Of a stretch of 64,000 bases of DNA, positions 31,377-40,918 are shown piece after piece. Origin of the DNA: Gimesia sp. (GTDB lineage: Bacteria > Planctomycetota > Planctomycetia > Planctomycetales > Planctomycetaceae); the NCBI RefSeq assembly GCF_002706765.1, contig NZ_PAJV01000050.1, one strand, 5' to 3'. Numbering within the stretch: the stretch's first letter is position 1; each line of letters opens with the position of its first letter. The translations under genes and the position numbers were made by a program. The notes beneath the pieces are model-generated. The model was given only the letters and a program-made list of their open reading frames with translations. It made no database searches and was not told where the DNA came from.

Positions 31377-32093
31377 TCAGTTGACCTTGAGCAGTTCGAT
31401 ATCGAAGATCAGGACTTCGTTGGGTCCGATGTCCGGTCCTGAACCACGCTCTCCGTAGGCCAGATCGCTGGGAATAAACAGCTGCCATTTATCCCCTTCT
31501 TTCATCAGCTGCAGGGCTTCTGTCCAGCCACTGATGACACCACTGACGGGGAAAGTCGCTGGCTGATTTCGTTTGTAAGAGCTGTCGAATTCGGTGCCAT
31601 CGATCAGAGTACCACGATAATGAGTGGTGACGCTGTCTTTTTCGGTGGGAGTTTTTCCCTTACCTGACTTGATGACCTTATACTGCAGACCGCTCTTGGT
31701 GGTCTTCACACCTTCTTTTTTGGCATTGGCTTCCAGAAACTTTTTGCCCTTGGTCACGTTTTCAGCCTGGGCCTTTTTCATCTTGGCTTCCTGCTGATCA
31801 CGCAGTTCTTTCTGGAAGGCTAACAGAGTATCGCGGATTTCTTCCTCTGTCATCTGGGGTTTCTGCTTGGTCATCGCATCCACAATGCCCTTCGCCAGAA
31901 TTTGAGGATCCAGTTCCAGCTGATCACGCATCAGGTTCTGTCCCAGGTTAAAGCCAATTCCGTAACTGACTTTCTGCTTCTGGTCTTTGAGCGCTGATTT
32001 ACCGGAATCTGCTTTTTCGTTTTGTGCATTCGCGGAGGCAGAGAAACCCAGGAAAGCGACACTTAAACAGGCAGCGAGATGCCATTTAGACAT
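31377..32093 (-). CDS. FKBP-type peptidyl-prolyl isomerase (FkpA/Mip-like)
   Basis: Signal peptide; 'SYGIG', 'SGLQYKVI', 'HYRGTLIDGTEFDSSY', 'VISGWTEAL', 'LAYG'; ATG at 32093. Confidence 0.97.
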   Translation of the reverse strand: MSKWHLAACLSVAFLGFSASANAQNEKADSGKSALKDQKQKVSYGIGFNLGQNLMRDQLELDPQILAKGIVDAMTKQKPQMTEEEIRDTLLAFQKELRDQQEAKMKKAQAENVTKGKKFLEANAKKEGVKTTKSGLQYKVIKSGKGKTPTEKDSVTTHYRGTLIDGTEFDSSYKRNQPATFPVSGVISGWTEALQLMKEGDKWQLFIPSDLAYGERGSGPDIGPNEVLIFDIELLKVN

Positions 32094-32350
32094 AAGAAAA
32101 ACCTTTCGGTGAACAATAAAAACAAGTTTAACGGGAGAGACCATACGAGTCGGCGAGATTCGGCTGGCTGAGTTCGCCCCCGAATTAGCGGGTGATGTAT
32201 TGCATGGCGTCCTCTTGCGCAGAGGATCTTTGACAATATCAAAGTCTCGATTATATGAGAGTCTCAAGGGAAGTGTCTACAATAAAGCCCCCTTCTCCTT
32301 AAAAACAGGGGTTTCTCCTGCTGCTCTCCCGGTAAAACTCACCAGCGGGC

Positions 32351-33583
32351 TCAGCCGACCACTTTCTGAAAACGGGTGACCGCTTCGTTGATATTATCTC
32401 TGGTGTTGAAAGCACTTAACCGGAAATAGCCTTCCCCGGAAGCACCAAAACCACTGCCGGGAGTCCCCACCAGGTGCGCTTTCTGCAGCAGTTCGTCGAA
32501 AAATTGCCAGCTGGTTGATTCGCCGGGAGTTTTCAACCAGACATAGGGAGCATTCACGCCGCCATAGACAGAGATTCCCACCGATTCCAGACCCTCACGT
32601 AACAGGCGTGCATTTTCCAGGTAGAAGGAAATCAGCCCCTGGATCTGCTGTTTACCCTGTTCCGAATAAACGGCTTCTGCGCCTTTCTGGATGATATAGG
32701 AAACGCCGTTGAATTTCGTGCAATGACGGCGGTTCCAGAGTGGGTGAATTTCAGCCGGCTCTCCCTTGGAAGTGGTTCCCTTCAGTTGCTTTGGAACGAC
32801 AGTGAAAGCACAACGGGTTCCGGTGAAACCGGCGTTTTTGCTGAAGCTGCGAAATTCGATTGCCACATCTTTCGCACCTTCGATTTCATAGATGGAGTGC
32901 GGAATCTCCGGATCCGTAATGAATGCTTCGTAAGCCGCATCAAACAGAATGATGGAACCATTGGCCCGGGCATAATCAACCCACTGCTTCAACGTTTCTT
33001 TTGTCGCCACGGTTCCCGTGGGATTATTGGGATAACACAGATAAATCAAATCGACCGGTGATTCGGGCAGGGGAGCCACAAAATTGTTTTCGGCTGTCAC
33101 CGGGAGATAGGTCAGTCCCTCGTAGCGGCCACTTTCATCAGCTGCTCCTGTGCGACCTGTCATCACGTTCGTATCAACATAGACGGGATAAACCGGATCG
33201 GTCACGGCGACTTTGTTATTCGCTCCGAAGATATCCAGAATGTTTCCCGTATCACACTTGGAACCATCTGAGACAAAGATTTCGTCTGCTGAGATATCGA
33301 CTCCCCGCGACTGGAAATCATTCCGGGCAATGGCTTCCCGCAGAAATCCATAGCCCTGCTCAGGGCCATAGCCGCGAAAGCTGCCTGCTTCACCCATCTC
33401 ATCGACGGCGGCATGCATGGCCTCACGAATGGCTGTCGGCAGTGGCTCGGTCACATCTCCGATGCCCAGTTTGATGACGGGGGCCTGCGGGTTTTCTTCG
33501 CAGAATTTATTGACGCGACGTCCGATTTCCGGAAACAGGTAACCCGCTTTGAGCTTGAGATAGTGATCGTTAATAAAAGCCAT
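32351..33583 (-). CDS. dapL: LL-diaminopimelate aminotransferase
   Basis: 'YLFPEI', 'LGIGDVT', 'GYGPEQGY', 'CYPNNPTG', '[13 protein letters not shown]', 'NAPYVW'. Confidence 0.97.
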   Translation of the reverse strand: MAFINDHYLKLKAGYLFPEIGRRVNKFCEENPQAPVIKLGIGDVTEPLPTAIREAMHAAVDEMGEAGSFRGYGPEQGYGFLREAIARNDFQSRGVDISADEIFVSDGSKCDTGNILDIFGANNKVAVTDPVYPVYVDTNVMTGRTGAADESGRYEGLTYLPVTAENNFVAPLPESPVDLIYLCYPNNPTGTVATKETLKQWVDYARANGSIILFDAAYEAFITDPEIPHSIYEIEGAKDVAIEFRSFSKNAGFTGTRCAFTVVPKQLKGTTSKGEPAEIHPLWNRRHCTKFNGVSYIIQKGAEAVYSEQGKQQIQGLISFYLENARLLREGLESVGISVYGGVNAPYVWLKTPGESTSWQFFDELLQKAHLVGTPGSGFGASGEGYFRLSAFNTRDNINEAVTRFQKVVG

Positions 33584-33829
33584 TTCATGCCTCGAATCTT
33601 GATAAATGCTGAACTTAAGACGGTGTCCCGTTTTACTGTAGCGTCTCCAGGGTCATTTGGACCGAGTATCATCGAAAGTAAGACACTCTGGTTAAATGTG
33701 CTGCGCTCGAGTGGGAGTATGACAGCCTGGAATTCGTTTCCATTTCAGACAGCCGTTGTATTTTGAATCTTCACGAATTGCAACCGACGCACACGGGAGA
33801 GACCCCTTTTCATTAAAAAGGTTCTCCAG

Positions 33830-35176
33830 CTACTGCAGCGGAAACGGGCGGGGAGAGGCATTCAGCAGAAACTCCTCAGACAGATGCTCGATCTGGGATA
33901 AGCCGTTATATTCTCTGATTTTACGCTCACCTGACCAGCGGTCTGCGGCACTTTCATACCGCAGTCTGACTCGTGGTTCTGTTTCATTCTGAGGTTGCCC
34001 CTGATCGACTGCTTTGCCGACCGCGATTGCCACACCCAGTTGAAACCGGGCCTGCGGATACAGGGGTGCTCCCAGGTCGGCCAGTGACCAGCGTTCGACG
34101 CGCATACGACACCAGCGACTCAGTGGTTGCGGAGCATCCACATAAGGTTGCAGGTCAGGGGGGAGATCCCATTTTGCTTCTTCGTCAATTAGAAATACTA
34201 CGCGATCATGATGGCTGGCGTATAAACCCCAACTGGGCCAGTGATCGAAATAACCCGTGGGTTCCAGCAGGGGAGCCAGCATTACCAGCCAGATCAGCGT
34301 CTGCACGGCTCGTTCCAGGCCGCGATCAGTCGGCGTTGACTGACGATCTTCAACCGGTCTGTCGACAGGCGCCACAGACTTCGGATTCTGAAACCAGGTA
34401 TGAAACAGAATCAGATCCTGCAGGATGAAATACACGTTCCAGATGAGGACGCCCTGGTAATGATTCAACCCCAGGGGCCCGATGGCGAGCATCAGGGTCA
34501 GATGCATGCCGACGGCCGCCCACAGGGCAACTTGTCTTGTGCGGCGGAAGAACAGTCCGAATGTAATCAGGAATTCGCCAAGGGGAAATGAAGCCGCGAT
34601 CCAGCTCAAAGTCTGTTTCGACCAGTAGGCAGTTGAGATACCGACCGCAGAGAACAGCCCCTCTGCCAGCTGTCGCCCTAAAGTCTGAACAAAGCTGGCA
34701 TCACATTTGGAGAGTGCCGAATAAAAATAAATGCTGAGGACAAACAGACGAAATAAGGGAATCGCACGAGGCGGTTTAAGCACCGTCAGGATCAGCAGGC
34801 CCAGGGCAAACTGATAAGCCCAGGGCTGCAGACGATGTTGATCGAAGACGACTTCCAGCAGAAATGCCAGCAGCAACAGACAGCCACATACCATCTGATA
34901 GCGCGGGAAATATTCCCTCTCCGACTTCTTCAGCAGTGACGCGGCCGACAACACCAGGAGACTGACCAGGCTCAGACACATCAGGGCCAGTGAGAACCAG
35001 TCGACAGCCGACGGAATCTCACAGACCCAGGCAAAAAGCGGAACCTGTGGGAATAGCGTCTGCGGCGTCCAGAGTTTCCAGGTCAGGCTCAACAGTACCA
35101 GCGCGAACAGCGCCATGGTCAACTTGAGAATTCGCAGTTGTAATTTCAGCGGCTCGTGGAACATGGATTGAATCAC
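33830..35176 (-). CDS. Polytopic membrane protein (HTTM/DoxX-like)
   Basis: Many TM segments; 'QPWAYQ', 'YFYSALSK', 'MHLTL'. Confidence 0.65.
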   Translation of the reverse strand: MIQSMFHEPLKLQLRILKLTMALFALVLLSLTWKLWTPQTLFPQVPLFAWVCEIPSAVDWFSLALMCLSLVSLLVLSAASLLKKSEREYFPRYQMVCGCLLLLAFLLEVVFDQHRLQPWAYQFALGLLILTVLKPPRAIPLFRLFVLSIYFYSALSKCDASFVQTLGRQLAEGLFSAVGISTAYWSKQTLSWIAASFPLGEFLITFGLFFRRTRQVALWAAVGMHLTLMLAIGPLGLNHYQGVLIWNVYFILQDLILFHTWFQNPKSVAPVDRPVEDRQSTPTDRGLERAVQTLIWLVMLAPLLEPTGYFDHWPSWGLYASHHDRVVFLIDEEAKWDLPPDLQPYVDAPQPLSRWCRMRVERWSLADLGAPLYPQARFQLGVAIAVGKAVDQGQPQNETEPRVRLRYESAADRWSGERKIREYNGLSQIEHLSEEFLLNASPRPFPLQ

Positions 35177-35260
35177 CGTTTTTGATTCAGATTATACCGC
35201 ACGTCCAGACGTTTCGCTGCGTACTGATCAATCAACTGTCCGGAATTGCGAAACTTCAGA

Positions 35261-36337
35261 TCAATCCAGCTCTGTGAAGACGGTTCCCTGCGCCGCTTGA
35301 TCTTCAGCAACCAGCTCGACTGCTGTACCGGGGGAATTTGCCGTTTTGCGCAGAACGGCCATCGCCACGACGGGATATTTACCGAAGGAACTGGCGGCAG
35401 AAGTAATCGTGCCAACTTCCTGAGGCGTTTCCTCACCAGCGACCACAACTTTTGTACCAGCAGGAGGAACCCAGGATCCTTCCAGCCCGATCGAGCGAAT
35501 TTCTTTATTGACGTGTCCTAAAGAGTCGATCCGCGCAATCGGTTCCTGACCGAGATAGCAGCCTTTTTTAAATGAAATCGCCTGTGCATTCCGGCCGGCT
35601 TCCTGGGCCAGATTTTCATCGGACAGATCAACGCCATAGATGGGATACTGTGATTCGATCCGGAGTGCATCGAATGCATCATGGCCAGCGGGTACAGCGC
35701 CTGCTTCAATCAGGCTGTTCCAGAAATCTGTGATTTTGACATACTGCAGACAGCAGAGATACCCCGGTTGATCAAACCAGTCGACGCGACGCACCGTCAG
35801 TCGGGCATCACTGTTGGGCACTCTTAATTGTTGAAACACTTCCAGCGAATCCACGTCGAGATCAAGCTGTTTGAGAATGTCTGTCGCACGCGGCCCTGTC
35901 AGATACAGGCTGCCATACTCCTGCGTCCGAACCAAGAGATGGGCGTCTTCCATGATAATATAACGGTCCAGATGTTGAGTAATTTCTTCACTCTGACCGG
36001 GTGCCGTATCAATCCAGATCGAATCTCCATGATGAAACGCATTGATCTGCCCCAGGATGCGGCTCTGGACATTTGTCACAAAGGCTTCACATCCCTGATC
36101 TGGCTGCAGACCTTTAATATCATTCGTACAAAAATTGTGCAGAAATTTCAGTCGGTCAACACCTGTTAACTCGATCTGCTCTCGATCACTCAAATCAAAG
36201 ACTGCCGCGGATTCCCGCGCTGCTCGATATTCTTTTTCACGAGAACCGAAATGAGAGGCACGTGGATATAAGTCTTCCGGATGATCAAACACGGCACCGG
36301 AAGATTGCTGGTGAACTTGAAACTGACGTAAAGACAT
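35261..36337 (-). CDS. ygfZ: YgfZ/GcvT-family folate-binding protein
   Basis: 'GVDRLKFLHNFCTNDI', 'LRIE', signature 'KGCYLGQE'. Confidence 0.92.
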   Translation of the reverse strand: MSLRQFQVHQQSSGAVFDHPEDLYPRASHFGSREKEYRAARESAAVFDLSDREQIELTGVDRLKFLHNFCTNDIKGLQPDQGCEAFVTNVQSRILGQINAFHHGDSIWIDTAPGQSEEITQHLDRYIIMEDAHLLVRTQEYGSLYLTGPRATDILKQLDLDVDSLEVFQQLRVPNSDARLTVRRVDWFDQPGYLCCLQYVKITDFWNSLIEAGAVPAGHDAFDALRIESQYPIYGVDLSDENLAQEAGRNAQAISFKKGCYLGQEPIARIDSLGHVNKEIRSIGLEGSWVPPAGTKVVVAGEETPQEVGTITSAASSFGKYPVVAMAVLRKTANSPGTAVELVAEDQAAQGTVFTELD

Positions 36338-36716
36338 TCGTTTTCCAAATGGATCGCTAAATAAGGTAGGGTGTTGGATTTCTCAGCAAAGGCAGGATGA
36401 TCACATTCCCATAAAAGACATCTTCACTAATAAAATAAGAACGATATTAGTGTACCCGGAGAAAGAAATACTCCCCCCTTTATAAGGTGACTTCATTAGT
36501 GATTACAACTTGATTGAAATCAAAAAAAAGCATTTTGTATTCTTACACGTGAGAGATGTGAATTATAACACTATTTTAGAATAAGCGAGTAATTTTCCAA
36601 GGTCTGAAAGATGAACTTTCAACAAGATTCGGGGGCTTAAAGAAAATCCTCGGGCTTATGGAAAGTCACTTTCACGATAACCCGCCTCCCCGCACCATTT
36701 TTTCAACCAGTTAAAA

Positions 36717-37940
36717 TCAGTTGACCTTTTCAATCTTCAGATCATCCACGTTGAGAATACCTGTTCCGCCATTCAACCCCAGTTGAATGACGGCTTCCCG
36801 TGTCTGGGGAGGCACGGTAATGGTTTTCTTTTCCTGGTGCCAGCCACGACTGCCGATCCAGGGCCCCAGATAGGCCTGACCGATATTGCGGCGGATGTCA
36901 TCATAAAAATGAATGATAAAGCCCGGTTTCTGAAAGGACTGTTTTCCCTGGGCCGTGTTCAGATAACTCAGCTTCAGACTGATTTCCAATGAATCCACAT
37001 GCGATCCATCAATGGCCATTCCCTGCAGGATCTGTGAAAGCCGTTCGGGAGTCTCGTTTTCGAATTTCAGATAGGAAGTTCCTTCCGGTGCCTGCGAGGT
37101 CATCCGGCTTACCCTGCGCTGATAATGCCAGTTATCCACTTTCTGATCGTTGTTGGCATCCACTTCAAAGCCACCATTAATGATTTCCGGCTTGAGCGGA
37201 TCCGGTTTGACTTCCCGTTTCTCTTCTGAGCGACCTGTCATGGGAACAAAGAGTGTGGGAATCAGACGTTTGTGTTTGAGCTTGCCCTGTTCTTTCTGGA
37301 ACAGGTGGAAGACCTGCTGATAACGTTCCCCCAGGGGAATCAACAGCATCCCGCCTTCTTTCAACTGATCGATTAAAGGTTGAGGAACTTTTTCCGGCGA
37401 ACAGGTCACAATGATTTTGTCAAACGGCGCTTGTTCCGGCCAGCCCAGATAGCCGTCACCAATTCGAGTGTGCACATTGTCGTAATCCAGTTTTTTCAAA
37501 CGAGTGGCGGCCTGCTTCCCCAGTCCTTCCACGATCTCGATGGTATAAACGTCTTTCACCAGCGCCGAAAGTACGGCTGCCTGATATCCACTGCCGGTTC
37601 CAATCTCCAGCACTTTGTCATCTGGTTGCGGATCGATGGTTTCCGTCATATAAGCGACGACATAAGGTGGCGAAATGGTCTGCTTATAGCCAATCGGTAA
37701 TGCCAGATCCTGATAGGCCAGGTGTTTCAGGTTGGGACTGACAAACTCATGCCGGGGAACCTGCCGCATCGAGGAGAGGACGCGAGGATTCTTGATCCCT
37801 TCTCCCTCGATATAACGGGTCACCATGTCATTGCGCTGATTTCGAAAATAAGCACTGCCTTGTGAAAAAGCCGTGGCAGGAGTCACAATAAATGAGGAAC
37901 CGGCGATCACGCACGCGGTCAGAAATAAAAGCTGCCTCAT
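36717..37940 (-). CDS. pcm: Protein-L-isoaspartate O-methyltransferase with signal peptide and C-terminal beta-sandwich (CBM4/9-like) domain
   Basis: 'VPRHEFV', 'QTISPPYVVA', 'VLEIGTGSGYQAA', 'GDGYLGWPEQAPFD', 'QLKEGG', 'FVPMTG'; tail 'INGGFE...VDDLKI'. Confidence 0.9.
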   Translation of the reverse strand: MRQLLFLTACVIAGSSFIVTPATAFSQGSAYFRNQRNDMVTRYIEGEGIKNPRVLSSMRQVPRHEFVSPNLKHLAYQDLALPIGYKQTISPPYVVAYMTETIDPQPDDKVLEIGTGSGYQAAVLSALVKDVYTIEIVEGLGKQAATRLKKLDYDNVHTRIGDGYLGWPEQAPFDKIIVTCSPEKVPQPLIDQLKEGGMLLIPLGERYQQVFHLFQKEQGKLKHKRLIPTLFVPMTGRSEEKREVKPDPLKPEIINGGFEVDANNDQKVDNWHYQRRVSRMTSQAPEGTSYLKFENETPERLSQILQGMAIDGSHVDSLEISLKLSYLNTAQGKQSFQKPGFIIHFYDDIRRNIGQAYLGPWIGSRGWHQEKKTITVPPQTREAVIQLGLNGGTGILNVDDLKIEKVN

Positions 37941-38157
37941 GAGAAACCTCGATGCAGTCTGTGATGGAATAATGGATCGATTTGAACAGGAATCAACAGG
38001 AATTATAGCACTTTGAGGGGACTTACGTTAATGGCGATTTCCGGTTATCAATCCGGTTTCAGCAGATTGGAGCCGGATTCTTCAATTCCTATCCCCATAG
38101 ATCGATGAATACGCTATGATCCGGGTCTAACAGGATTTAGGAAAATTATTTCAGCGG

Positions 38158-38967
38158 ATGGATTCCAGTCAGATGCAAGAGTTTCGTATTGTATTCGCCA
38201 TGAGCCTGGTATTGTGTGTCTTTTCTCTGGAGGGCTGTGGTGACTCCACTCCTGCTGAGAGTCCACCACCGGTCCCGGCTGAAAATAAGCAACCGGAATC
38301 GCAGCCTGAAAAAACCGTGCAGACGGAGCAGGCGACCGTTGAGCCCGTCGATCCCCAGGCAGAAGTCAAAGCCGTTTTTGAAACACTGTTATCGATTCGC
38401 GCGGAACCGGACCCTGATGAATGGATGCAGGCTGATAAAAAGCTGAGCGCATTTGGCAAGTCAGCCGTCCCGACGTTAAAAGAAGTCATGTCTCATCCCG
38501 ACCCGGGTGCCCGGGAACTTGCCAGCATGTATCTGGCCAGCCTGGGGCCGGAAGCCAAAGAAGCGGCTCCCGTTCTCGAGACAGCGCTGCAGGATCAATC
38601 ACCGTTTACGCAGGTCAACGCGGCTTCCACACTCACGCATTTTCCAGAATATCGCGAGAAGGCCATTCCCGTATTAATCAGTCTGGCAGAACACCCCGAC
38701 TCGAATACGCGGCTCACCGCCATTTATGCGCTGGGTAATCTGGATTCCCAGTCAGCTGAGCAGTTGAACGCCATCAAAGCGGCCCTCAATGATTCTGACA
38801 CGGATGTTCAATTAGCGGCGATCAAAGTACTCGGCCAGATGGGGGAACCTGCCAGACAATCTCTCACGGAATTGCAGACGCTCATCGATGATACCGATAC
38901 GAGTGAGACTCTGCGCGAAGCGGCGCTCTCTTCAAAATCTCAAATCGAGCAGAGTCAGAAAAAATAA
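38158..38967 (+). CDS. HEAT-repeat lipoprotein
   Basis: Lipobox 'LEG|C', Pro/Glu linker, HEAT repeats ('VQLAAIKVLGQMG'). Confidence 0.85.
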   Translation: MDSSQMQEFRIVFAMSLVLCVFSLEGCGDSTPAESPPPVPAENKQPESQPEKTVQTEQATVEPVDPQAEVKAVFETLLSIRAEPDPDEWMQADKKLSAFGKSAVPTLKEVMSHPDPGARELASMYLASLGPEAKEAAPVLETALQDQSPFTQVNAASTLTHFPEYREKAIPVLISLAEHPDSNTRLTAIYALGNLDSQSAEQLNAIKAALNDSDTDVQLAAIKVLGQMGEPARQSLTELQTLIDDTDTSETLREAALSSKSQIEQSQKK

Positions 38968-39239
38968 TTCGCTCCTGCCAGCGTCGCGGGACTGCTCTTT
39001 CAGCCTGCCGGTAAGGCTCATTCCATTCAGGCTATAACGATATTGCCGATTGAGAGACCGTTCTCACTGCACGCGCATTCCGAAATATATCGGAGAACCG
39101 CAATTTCCCAAGTTCTTGCCCAATTCTGTTTGACTAACAAATTGCGTGAACTACTTTTACTGGCAGAGAGGGGCAACTGACCCGCTCAACGAACACAAAC
39201 AACGATTTCCTCCGCTTCTTTTTGGAGCGAGGATCTACA

Positions 39240-39290
39240 GCGCGGCAAGGAAAGCTGGGAGCTTTGAGGGGACCTTGCCGCGCTTTTTTT
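39240..39290 (+). terminator. Strong intrinsic terminator ~120 nt upstream of the pilus operon
   Basis: GCGCGGCAAGG (39240-50) / CCTTGCCGCGC (39273-83) followed by T7; internal AAAGCT-ggg-AGCTTT hairpin. Confidence 0.85.
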
Positions 39291-39408
39291 GTCTTGAAAC
39301 CATCTGACTTGATGGTGCTGGAACTCAGATCACGTGTGATGCTTCTGATTCCGTCAATCGCATGATAACAGATCAGCACCCTCAAGCGGTATTATTTTGG
39401 AAGAGCTC

Positions 39409-40008
39409 ATGGCAACCAGAAAACGATGGTTGCAGCGATCCCGCCGCACCGGATTTACTCTGCTTGAATCTCTGGTCTCTGTGACGATCACAGCGATTGC
39501 CGGGACCGCTCTGTTCTCAGCCATTGGCGCTTCGCTGGGCACCAGTTATTCGGCCATGAATCACAATATCGCAACCGGTCTCGCTGACCAGATGCTGGAC
39601 GAACTTGCTGCGGTCCGATTTCCGGTTACCAGTGATACCAGGCCCGGGTTTCAAAGTTCCCGCGAATACTTTGATGATCTTGATGACTATGACAACTGGT
39701 CCTCAACACCGCCCGAAAACAAACAGGGATATTCGCTGGGCAGGGAACCACTCACGATTCTGGAAAGATACCCGATCTCCCGTCCCGCCATGCTGAGTCC
39801 TGATTCCGATTTCCTGAACCGGCTGACCCGCGAAGTTACCGTAGAACGAATCCAACCCGCCAGCGATGGGAGCTGGGAAGTAACTCAGACCCACACCAGT
39901 TATCGCCGGGTCACTGTCACCATCAAACTGGTTATGAATGCAAACTCACCAGCGCAGGTAATAACGGAGGCAACAAGAATATTCAGTTATGTTCCACTTT
40001 CACCCTGA
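39409..40008 (+). CDS. Prepilin-type minor pilin/pseudopilin (PilV/GspI-like)
   Basis: 'RRTG|FTLLE' class III signal followed by a hydrophobic helix. Confidence 0.85.
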   Translation: MATRKRWLQRSRRTGFTLLESLVSVTITAIAGTALFSAIGASLGTSYSAMNHNIATGLADQMLDELAAVRFPVTSDTRPGFQSSREYFDDLDDYDNWSSTPPENKQGYSLGREPLTILERYPISRPAMLSPDSDFLNRLTREVTVERIQPASDGSWEVTQTHTSYRRVTVTIKLVMNANSPAQVITEATRIFSYVPLSP

Positions 40009-40918
40009 TCACCTGAAGGCTGCATCGCCTGTGTTTTCAGAGGTTCTGTTTGACAAAAAACAGACCGGCGTACGTTGCTGCGCGGTACGAAAAGGGAACT
40101 GCCGTCGGGCGTTCACGCTTGTCGAACTGTTGATGTCCATGGCGATCTCTTCCATGCTGATCGTCGCGCTGGCCGGCATTGTCACCGCGACGCAGTCCGC
40201 CTGGCAGCATACACGGGGCATCGAAGATTCACAGTCGCAGATCAATGCGACCTTTGATCGCATCAAACTGATGATCTCACAGGCAGGCGTTTATCATATC
40301 AGCGGACAACCTCCCCGCGCGGGACTGGCAGTCGTCACCAACTCCTGGAACAGCATTGATATTCCCAACACACTTGTAGTCTGGTCCGGGGGGCGTCAAG
40401 GCGGACTCAGCGCGCAGGGAACGATTACCCGGCTGCCTCAACTGAGTGAGATCCTGATCTATACCGTCGACCCGGCTGATGCACATAACCTGATTGAAAT
40501 CGCATTTCCAGATGCAAATACCACGATCGACTTCAACAGCGCCTCCTTCAATAACACAATCCGTTCTGCCATCAATTCGAGCCAGGCGGAATCAGCGCTG
40601 CTGAGCAATCGGGTCAAATGCAGCCAGTATCTCCTCTCCGGAACACCCTGGGGACCTGCCGTTGGCAATGTTTTTTTCAGCCTGGTCAAAACCCCCAGCG
40701 ATTCCAGTCTGGGCAGCGTCTCTCCGGGAACAGCGGCCTGGATGAATCTTGCCTGGCCACAGGGAACCGCCAGCGCCAGCAGTGGCCTGCGCCAGGTAAC
40801 CGTGAACTGTGAGGTGCAGTTCGAAACAGCAGAACAGACAGACCTGAATGAAGTCAACTCCACTTCCGCCCTGCCATTTTTTGCATCGGGTACGAGGTAC
40901 TATGCATACACGCCATAA
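39989..40918 (+). CDS. Prepilin-type minor pilin (PilW/GspJ-like)
   Basis: 'RRA|FTLVELL' class III signal. Confidence 0.85.
   Translation: MFHFHPDHLKAASPVFSEVLFDKKQTGVRCCAVRKGNCRRAFTLVELLMSMAISSMLIVALAGIVTATQSAWQHTRGIEDSQSQINATFDRIKLMISQAGVYHISGQPPRAGLAVVTNSWNSIDIPNTLVVWSGGRQGGLSAQGTITRLPQLSEILIYTVDPADAHNLIEIAFPDANTTIDFNSASFNNTIRSAINSSQAESALLSNRVKCSQYLLSGTPWGPAVGNVFFSLVKTPSDSSLGSVSPGTAAWMNLAWPQGTASASSGLRQVTVNCEVQFETAEQTDLNEVNSTSALPFFASGTRYYAYTP

Noticed and set aside
36557-36572. Crp-like site TGTGA-N6-ACACT upstream of ygfZ
   Set aside because: It is only an 8/10 match in an AT-rich tract, where such matches arise by chance.
39160-39290. c-di-GMP-I/II riboswitch
   Set aside because: GGGCAA is present, but the GNRA tetraloop/receptor and GCAAAG core are not.
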